Positions 26,080-32,000 of a stretch of 32,000 nt of DNA are shown here, one piece after another. Source of the stretch: Pelagerythrobacter marensis (lineage in GTDB: Bacteria > Pseudomonadota > Alphaproteobacteria > Sphingomonadales > Sphingomonadaceae); NCBI RefSeq assembly GCF_001028625.1, contig NZ_CP011805.1, forward strand, positions 792,498 through 824,497. The letters are read 5' to 3'. Under the pieces are notes generated by a model. The model saw nothing but the letters and a program-made list of their open reading frames with translations. It was not told the DNA's origin and did no database searches. Both the position numbers and the translations under genes were made by a program. How positions within the stretch are numbered: position 1 is the stretch's first letter; each line of letters starts with the position of its first letter.

Positions 26080-27448
26080 GGAACCTCTTGACCACGCGAA
26101 GGGCGATGAAATTCAGGCCGAGGGTGACCAGGAACAGCACGAACCCGAGCGCAAAGGCGCTAAGCGTTGCGGGATGGTCGAAGCTTCCTTCCCCGGTCAG
26201 CATGGCGACGATCTGCACGGTAACCGTGGTCATCGCCTCCAGCGGATTGGCGCTGAGGTTGGCGGCGGTGGAAGCGGCCATGACCACGATCATCGTTTCG
26301 CCGATGGCCCGGCTGATCGCCAGCATCACCCCGGCAACGATGCCGGGAAGGGCGGCCGGCACCAGAACCCGGCGGATCGTTTCCGAAGTGGTCGCCCCCA
26401 TCGCGAGGCTGCCGTCGCGCATGGCCTGCGGAACGGCGGCAATCGAATCGTCGGCCATCGAAGAGACGAACGGAATGATCATCACACCCATGACGAGACC
26501 CGCGGCGAGCGCGCTTTCGCTGGATGGATTGGACATGCCGGCCGCGACCGCCAGATCGCGGATGAAGGGGGCAACGGTAAGCGCAGCGAAATAGCCGTAA
26601 ACGACGGTGGGGACACCGGCGAGGATTTCCAGCGCCGGTTTGACCCATGCCCGCATTCGCGGATTGGCGTACTGCGTAAGGTAGATCGCGCTCATCAGAC
26701 CCAGCGGTATGGCCACGATCATGGCGATAATCGCGCCGATGAAGATCGTGCCCCAGAACAGCGGGATCGCGCCGTACCGGCTCGGGTCGGGATTGTCCGG
26801 ATTGGCCATCGGGTCCGGGCCCCAGTGCAGGCCGAACAGGAAATCGAGCGGATTGACCATGCCGAAAAAGCGGATGGTTTCGAACACCAGGCTGACGAAA
26901 ATGCCCAGCGTGGTCAGGATCGCGACCAGCGACGCCAGCAGCAGGATGACCATTACCGTGCGTTCGACCCGGGTGCGGGCGGTGAAATCCGGCTTGATCC
27001 GCAGGAAGGACCAGACACCGCCAATGAAGCCGAGCGTCAGGGCAACGACGATGCCGATCGTCTGATATCGGCCAATCGCCTCGCGGTAAGGTTCCACCAG
27101 CGCGGCCGCATCGGCGTTGAAGACGGCGCGGGCGGCCCCGGTGGCGACCGCACGTGCTTCGGCCAGCATCGATTCGCGCTTGAACCCGAATTCGGGCAGG
27201 CCGGCGGCGGCGGGGGAGGCCAGAACGTGCTGGCTGATCAGCTGGGGTGCGATCACGCTCCACGCAGCGATGAAAACGATCATCGGTACGACGATCCACA
27301 GCGCGACGTACCATGCGTGATAGCTGGGCAGGGCGGCCAGGCTGCTGGCGCCCATGCTGCGGCGGAAGCTCCATGCGCGAGCGCGTCCGGCAAGCCAGCC
27401 TGCCAGTCCGAGCCCGAGCGCGAGCAGTAAGAGGATTGTGAGAGACAC
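26063..27448 (-). CDS. pstC: Phosphate ABC transporter permease
   Basis: GALPLFWGTIFIGAII-like permease core (read as IPLFWGTIFIGAIIAMIVAIPLGLMSAIYLTQYA), ILAGVPTVVYGYFAALTVAP, GSLAMGATTSETIRRVLVPAALPGIVAGVMLAISRAIGETMIVVMAA. GTG start. Confidence 0.94.
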   Translation of the reverse strand: MSLTILLLLALGLGLAGWLAGRARAWSFRRSMGASSLAALPSYHAWYVALWIVVPMIVFIAAWSVIAPQLISQHVLASPAAAGLPEFGFKRESMLAEARAVATGAARAVFNADAAALVEPYREAIGRYQTIGIVVALTLGFIGGVWSFLRIKPDFTARTRVERTVMVILLLASLVAILTTLGIFVSLVFETIRFFGMVNPLDFLFGLHWGPDPMANPDNPDPSRYGAIPLFWGTIFIGAIIAMIVAIPLGLMSAIYLTQYANPRMRAWVKPALEILAGVPTVVYGYFAALTVAPFIRDLAVAAGMSNPSSESALAAGLVMGVMIIPFVSSMADDSIAAVPQAMRDGSLAMGATTSETIRRVLVPAALPGIVAGVMLAISRAIGETMIVVMAASTAANLSANPLEAMTTVTVQIVAMLTGEGSFDHPATLSAFALGFVLFLVTLGLNFIALRVVKRFREAYE

Positions 27449-27548
27449 GCGGACCGGGACCTAGATCGCCTGAATTACGACGGCCTGTAGATCGTGCGCC
27501 GTCCGAGCCGCGGGCGACATGCCCGCTGAAGACGCCCTGTCGAAGTTT

Positions 27549-27567
27549 TGTGACAAATTCATGACTG
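27549..27567 (-). promoter_or_regulatory. Pho box upstream of pstC (predicted PhoB binding site)
   Basis: Minus strand reads CAGTCATGAATTTGTCACA, 16/19 identical to the E. coli-type form CTGTCATAAATCTGTCACA. It has two heptamers at 11-nt spacing, overlaps the phoR stop codon and lies about 100 nt before the pstC start. Confidence 0.75.
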
Positions 27568-28767
27568 CCCCTCCGATGCCGCCTTTCCGTCGTTTTCAAC
27601 CGCCGGAATGCGCACTGTAACTGTCGTGCCTTGGCCAAGCTTGCTCGTAATGTCGAGCCGCCCACGGTGACGTTCCACGATATGCTTCACGATCGCCAGC
27701 CCCAGCCCGGTGCCGCCGGATGCGCGGCTGCGGCCGGGATCGGTGCGATAGAATCGCCGGGTCAGGTGGGGCAAATGCTCGGGCGCAATGCCTTCGCCGC
27801 GATCGGCAATCGTCAGCTCCGCCTCACCTTCGGGAAGACGGCGCAGGTTCACGCGAACCTCTTCCCCGGCAGCGCCATATTTGAGAGCATTGTCCACCAG
27901 ATTGCGGACAAGCTGTTCGATCTGGCGGGGATCGCCCTGGATCGCAATCCCGGTTTCGCAGTCCAGGACGACGCGATCCTGCCGGTCGGGTCCGGCGGCA
28001 TCGCGGGCCGCGGTTTCCACCAGCTTTCGCAGCGAAAGCTGCTCGTCAGGCAAATCGTGCTTTTCCGCTTCCACATGCGACAGCGACATCAGGTCGTTGA
28101 CCAGGTTCTGCAATCGCCTGGCTTCGTTGAGCACGGTATCGAGAAACTTCCGGCGCATTTCGGGCGGGGCCTGCCCGCCTTCTTCGCGCAATGTTTCGAC
28201 GTAGCCGATGATCGACGACAGCGGCGTTCGCAGCTCGTGACTGGCGTTGGCGACGAAATCGGTATGCGCGCGACTGATGTCGGCTTCGGCTGTCTGGTTG
28301 AGCAGTTCGATCACGCCCAGGCCATCGGCAAGGCGCTGGAAATTGAGGATCCAGATATCGCGTCGGCGGATCAGGCCCTGAACAACCGCCTGGCCGCTCG
28401 CGCCGCGTTCCAGCAGGGAAACCGCCTCGGGATGGCGAAAGGCGACGCGAATATCCTGGCCCAGCACGTGGGCACCCAGAAGATTGCGCGCGGACTTGTT
28501 GGCGATGGAGATTCGGCTGTTCTCTGCCACCAGAAGCGGGGTGCCCGCGTGCTCGATGAACTCACCCATATCGTCGCGATTGAAGGTGCCGTTGGTCGTC
28601 GGTTCGATCGCTTTGGGAGGGGCGGCGACGGCAAGCCAGAGCGAACCGGCCCAGACGAGAAACACTGCAAAGCCCAGCCACAGGGGCGCACCGGCAAGCC
28701 CCATTGCAGCAGAGGCGACGGCCGCGAGCGTCAGGGAGGCGACGGGGAAGGCGCGATCCTGCTCCAT
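27559..28767 (-). CDS. phoR: Phosphate regulon sensor histidine kinase PhoR
   Basis: Two N-terminal hydrophobic segments, PAS-like region, DFVANASHELRTPLSSIIGYVETL, NLVDNALKYGAAGEEV, DRGEGIAPEHLPHLTRRFYRTD, GGTGLGLAIVKHIVERHRG. Upstream of pstCAB-phoUB. Confidence 0.93.
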   Translation of the reverse strand: MEQDRAFPVASLTLAAVASAAMGLAGAPLWLGFAVFLVWAGSLWLAVAAPPKAIEPTTNGTFNRDDMGEFIEHAGTPLLVAENSRISIANKSARNLLGAHVLGQDIRVAFRHPEAVSLLERGASGQAVVQGLIRRRDIWILNFQRLADGLGVIELLNQTAEADISRAHTDFVANASHELRTPLSSIIGYVETLREEGGQAPPEMRRKFLDTVLNEARRLQNLVNDLMSLSHVEAEKHDLPDEQLSLRKLVETAARDAAGPDRQDRVVLDCETGIAIQGDPRQIEQLVRNLVDNALKYGAAGEEVRVNLRRLPEGEAELTIADRGEGIAPEHLPHLTRRFYRTDPGRSRASGGTGLGLAIVKHIVERHRGRLDITSKLGQGTTVTVRIPAVENDGKAASEGQS

Positions 28768-28852
28768 TGCGGCGCGGCTTAGCTTCCGAATGTGACATCG
28801 GCCAGACGCTATTGGGGCATCCGCCGGATTTTTTTGAACAATCGCACCGGGA

Positions 28853-28927
28853 TGGTGACCCCTACGGGAATCGAACCCGTGTTTCAGCCGTGAGAGGGCC
28901 GCGTCCTGACCGCTAGACGAAGGGGCC
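28853..28927 (-). tRNA. tRNA-Glu (CTC)
   Basis: 75 nt. Minus strand GGCCCCTTCGTCTAGCGGTCAGGACGCGGCCCTCTCACGGCTG...GGGTTCGATTCCCGTAGGGGTCACCA. Anticodon loop CTCTCAC. Confidence 0.95.
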
Positions 28928-28970
28928 AGGGCTGTGAGAAGCCATGGCGCACCACTGCGATCTTTGTCGG

Positions 28971-29045
28971 TGGTGACCCCTACGGGAATCGAACCCGTGT
29001 TTCAGCCGTGAAAGGGCCGCGTCCTAACCGCTAGACGAAGGGGCC
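28971..29045 (-). tRNA. tRNA-Glu (TTC)
   Basis: 75 nt. Minus strand GGCCCCTTCGTCTAGCGGTTAGGACGCGGCCCTTTCACGGCTG...GGGTTCGATTCCCGTAGGGGTCACCA. Anticodon loop CTTTCAC. Confidence 0.96.
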
Positions 29046-29155
29046 AAACCGTCAGGTGCCGGTGGCGTGGCGGCGCACTTAGGGGCGCTGTCACGTCCGG
29101 TCAACCCTGTCTTGCGATCTGGCCTGTCTTGCGTTCTGAAATCTTCCCCTGGGCA

Positions 29156-30943
29156 TCAATCGGCCCAGGCGGCGTCCTCCAGATGAAGTTCAGCCGCAGG
29201 GCGTGCGCCCCAATCGTCGATCTTCGCGCGCCCTGCCAGCCAGAGCCGCCGGCCCCTTGCACCGTGAAGCAGCGACTGGCCGAGATCGCTTTCCGCCATG
29301 CGAAACCCGATCGCCTTGAACGATCGCCCGTCGTCGCCCCCGGCGATCAGGCGGACGTGATTGGTGCCGACCACATCAGCCTTGATCAGTCGAACCGGGC
29401 CGACCGCGAGCTTGGGCCCAGGCCAGCCGACCCCGAACGGCCCCGCATGCTCCAGCGTTTCGACCAGTTCCGGTGTCAGCCCCCCAGGCGCCAGCGACAG
29501 ATCGAGCGAGAGCGTCTGCTGGGCGCTGGCCCGTTCAACCGCCCCGGCGAGCCGCGCGTTCAGCCAGTCGGCAAATGCATCGAACTGGTCCGATTCGATC
29601 GTCAGCCCGGCCGCCATTGCATGACCGCCCCCGGCCACCAGCAACCCGGCCTCCCGCGCGGCGATAATGGCCGCACCAAGATCGACGCCAGAGATCGACC
29701 GGCCCGATCCCTTGCCCTGGCCCTGCGCTTCATCGAGCGCGATCACGATTGCCGGCTTGCCCGTCTTTTCCTTTATCCGCCCGGCCACGATACCGATGAC
29801 CCCCGGATGCCATCCGGTCCCCGCCAGTACGCAGACAGCGCGATTGTGCTGGCCGGCAAGCTGCGCCTCGGCTGCTTCCTGGACCGCCGCCTCTATCGCG
29901 CGACGTTCTTCGTTGAGCGCCGAAAGCTGGGCGGCGATTGCCTGCGCTTCGTGTACGTCTTCGGTCGTCAGCAGGCGGACGCCCAGCGTCGATTCGCCCA
30001 CGCGGCCGCCGGCGTTGATGCGTGGTCCCAGTGCGAAACCCAGATCGCTGCAGATCGGCGCGCGGGTCAACCGGCTTGCGTCGATCAACGCGGACATGCC
30101 GACGTTTTGCCGCTTCGCCATCACCTTCAGCCCTTGCGCCACGAAAGCGCGGTTCAACCCGTGGAGAGCCGCGACATCGGCGACGGTGCCGAGCGCAACG
30201 AGATCGAGCAGACCGCGCAGGTCCGGTTCGGGCCGGGCCTCGAAATAGGCGCGTGCGCGCAAGGTACGCACCACTGCCACTGCGAGCAGGAATGCCACGC
30301 CGACGGCGGCAAGATGGCCATGCTGCGCCGCAAGGTCGCATTCGTCGAGGCGATTCGGATTCACCAGCGCCGCGGCCTTGGGCAGTTCGGATGAGCACTT
30401 GTGGTGATCGACCACGATCACGTCGACGCCGGCATCGTGTGCCATCGCCAGTGCCTCGTGCGCCATCGCCCCGCAATCCACGGTCACGATCAGGCTCGAT
30501 CCCTGTTCCGCCAGCCGGACAAGCGCTTCGCCGCTCGGGCCGTAACCTTCCAGCAGGCGATCGGGGATGTAATGCCCGGCGTCGTGACCCAGCATCCGCA
30601 GGAGGCGAATCAGCAGCGCCGAACTCGTCGCCCCGTCGACATCGTAGTCGCCGTAGATCGTGATTGTTTCCCCGCCGAGCACCGCCTGCGCGATGCGTTC
30701 GGCCGCCACCTCCATGTCGCGAAACACCGAAGGGTCGGGCAGGAACGCGCGCAAGGTCGGCGCGCGATGGCGATCCAGATCTTCGCGAACCACGCCGCGC
30801 GACAGCAGCAATTGTGCGACGATATCGTCTTCGAGCGCGGCACCATCGCTGCCGAGCGCCATGTTTCCGCCGCGCCAGCGCCATGCCTTGCCCGAAAGCG
30901 ACCGTTCGATCCCGAAGACGTTGGAAAGCGAGTGCGACGCCAT
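29156..30943 (-). CDS. recJ: Single-stranded-DNA-specific exonuclease RecJ
   Basis: ITIYGDYDVDGATSSALLIRLLRMLGHDAGHYIPDRLLEGYGPSGEAL, VIVVDHHKCSSELPKAAALVNPNR, LGFALGPRINAGGRVGESTLGVRLL, GSGRSISGVDLGAAI, GLLVAGGGHAMAAGLTI. Confidence 0.96.
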   Translation of the reverse strand: MASHSLSNVFGIERSLSGKAWRWRGGNMALGSDGAALEDDIVAQLLLSRGVVREDLDRHRAPTLRAFLPDPSVFRDMEVAAERIAQAVLGGETITIYGDYDVDGATSSALLIRLLRMLGHDAGHYIPDRLLEGYGPSGEALVRLAEQGSSLIVTVDCGAMAHEALAMAHDAGVDVIVVDHHKCSSELPKAAALVNPNRLDECDLAAQHGHLAAVGVAFLLAVAVVRTLRARAYFEARPEPDLRGLLDLVALGTVADVAALHGLNRAFVAQGLKVMAKRQNVGMSALIDASRLTRAPICSDLGFALGPRINAGGRVGESTLGVRLLTTEDVHEAQAIAAQLSALNEERRAIEAAVQEAAEAQLAGQHNRAVCVLAGTGWHPGVIGIVAGRIKEKTGKPAIVIALDEAQGQGKGSGRSISGVDLGAAIIAAREAGLLVAGGGHAMAAGLTIESDQFDAFADWLNARLAGAVERASAQQTLSLDLSLAPGGLTPELVETLEHAGPFGVGWPGPKLAVGPVRLIKADVVGTNHVRLIAGGDDGRSFKAIGFRMAESDLGQSLLHGARGRRLWLAGRAKIDDWGARPAAELHLEDAAWAD

Positions 30944-31024
30944 CGCTGTCGTCTAGCCCACCTGGATGCCCGGCGCAAAGCAGGCTGTTTGACAATCGAC
31001 AGCCGGGTGCGATGTTCGTTCGCG

Positions 31025-31516
31025 ATGAACGATGAACCGCGCAGATTGCTGATTGCCTGGCACAGCCGCACCGGCGCGAGCGAGGCGATGGCGCAGGCCG
31101 CCGCCGAAGGTGCGGGGCAGGTTGCGCGGCTGATTCGGGCCGATGAGGTCGTGCCTGGCGATTTGCTGGCAGCTAGCGCCTATCTGTTCGTGTGCCCCGA
31201 AAATCTGGCGACCATGAGCGGCGCGATGAAGGAAATGTTCGATCGCTGTTACTACCCCGTCCTCGGCCAGATCGAGGGCCGGCCTTACGCGACGATTATT
31301 GCCGCAGGCTCCGATGGGGAGGGGGCGCAGCGGCAGATCGACCGGATCGCCAGGGGGTGGCGTCTGCGCCGGGTGCTTGACCCGGTGATCGAATGTTTCG
31401 ACGCGCAGACGCCTGAAGCCATTCTGGCGCCGAAGACGGTTTCCTCGCATCGCCGGAAGCGTTGTTTCGAACTGGGCGCCGCGCTGGCCGAAGGGGTTAC
31501 GCTCGGGGTATTCTGA
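31025..31516 (+). CDS. Flavodoxin-like / NAD(P)H-dependent FMN reductase-like protein
   Basis: ATG at 31025 within ORF 30401..31516. MNDEPRRLLIAWHSRTGASEAMAQAAAEG (FMN phosphate-binding loop like), YLFVCPENLATMSGAMKEMFDRCYYPVLGQIEGRPYATIIAAGSDGEGA. Confidence 0.72.
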   Translation: MNDEPRRLLIAWHSRTGASEAMAQAAAEGAGQVARLIRADEVVPGDLLAASAYLFVCPENLATMSGAMKEMFDRCYYPVLGQIEGRPYATIIAAGSDGEGAQRQIDRIARGWRLRRVLDPVIECFDAQTPEAILAPKTVSSHRRKRCFELGAALAEGVTLGVF

Positions 31517-31552
31517 TCTCTGGCCAATCGCCTCCGAATCGGAGGCAAGACC

Positions 31553-32000
31553 GTGCGGGAACACTCGACGACGCAAACGATTCCATACAAGAGCCGCGCG
31601 ACGCAGCCGAAGGGACGCCTCATCAACGACCGCTCCGACATTGCCGGAGATAGAACACGCTCCGGCTTGCTGCTGCTGTTTCGGGCCGGCGAGCGTCCCG
31701 GCGTTGCCGCGCTTCGCCGTGCGCTCTCTGCTTCGGGACGGGTTGCGATCAGCCATGAATCGGCTCCGCCGCGACCCGCCGCCGGGGACGGCACCGTCTG
31801 GGCGGAGCTGCTCGTCGATGGAATGACGTTCGACCTGGACGGGCTGGCCCCGGGTCCCGGCTTCCCGGCAGGAGAACTGCGTCACACGTTCGAAGTGACG
31901 GAGGCGCTGATCGCCAACCCGGGTGAGGCGTTGTCGCTTTCCGCCGGCCCCCACATTGCCGGAGCGCGCGCGACGATGCCGGTCGTGCGTGTGCAGATGG
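31553..32000 (+). CDS. Partial hypothetical protein running off the window end
   Basis: Open frame from a possible GTG at 31553 to the window end, containing SGLLLLFRAGERPGVAALRRALSASGRVAISHES...FDLDGLAPGPGFPAGELRHTFEV. No family recognised, start uncertain. Confidence 0.4.
   Translation, partial: MREHSTTQTIPYKSRATQPKGRLINDRSDIAGDRTRSGLLLLFRAGERPGVAALRRALSASGRVAISHESAPPRPAAGDGTVWAELLVDGMTFDLDGLAPGPGFPAGELRHTFEVTEALIANPGEALSLSAGPHIAGARATMPVVRVQM

Noticed and set aside
26051-27665. 459 aa plus-strand ORF and 501 aa minus-strand alternate-frame ORF over pstC
   Set aside because: These are shadow frames of pstC. The composition is H/R/G/D-rich or R/P/S-rich and low-quality, with no motifs, while pstC itself is unambiguous.
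28820-28840. ATCC-GCC-GGATTTTTTT resembling a terminator before tRNA-Glu
   Set aside because: The stem is only 4 bp and the T-tract is on the plus strand, where no upstream gene needs terminating. The neighbouring genes are on the minus strand.
29129-30394. 421 aa plus-strand ORF opposite recJ
   Set aside because: Antisense shadow. recJ motifs are complete on the minus strand.
1-32000. CRISPR arrays, transposons, prophage, restriction or toxin-antitoxin modules
   Set aside because: Reading the window and its translated frames showed no repeat-spacer arrays, transposase or integrase motifs, phage structural genes, or recognisable defence modules.

Overview
The window looks like ordinary, GC-rich alphaproteobacterial core chromosome, probably Sphingomonadales/Erythrobacteraceae. 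That placement is inferred from gene content and was not tested. I found no convincing mobile element, CRISPR array, phage, toxin-antitoxin or defence island. Main blocks: (1) a putative YfiR(partial)-YfiN-YfiB-like c-di-GMP signalling operon; (2) acpP-fabF-mltG plus a 2'-5' RNA ligase-like gene; (3) tRNA-Met(CAT); (4) a membrane protein of unknown function and a DEAD-box RNA helicase; (5) a tightly overlapping otsB-GH15-otsA trehalose operon, followed by a tyrosine-phosphatase-like gene; (6) trxB; (7) tandem MAPEG genes next to btaB/btaA (betaine lipid synthesis); (8) a PLP-dependent serine/threonine dehydratase-like gene; (9) an alternative polyamine pathway cluster (carboxynorspermidine synthase, nspC, a YbjN-like secreted protein, ornithine decarboxylase); (10) a phoR-pstC-pstA-pstB-phoU-phoB cluster lacking pstS; (11) tandem tRNA-Glu(CTC) and tRNA-Glu(TTC); (12) recJ and a flavodoxin-like gene. 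The best non-coding leads are a strong Pho-box-like element at the 3' end of phoR, a weaker one before btaA, and a structured leader upstream of the ornithine decarboxylase gene. I do not claim a fundamentally new system. All product calls come from reading motifs and protein sequence, with no database search.
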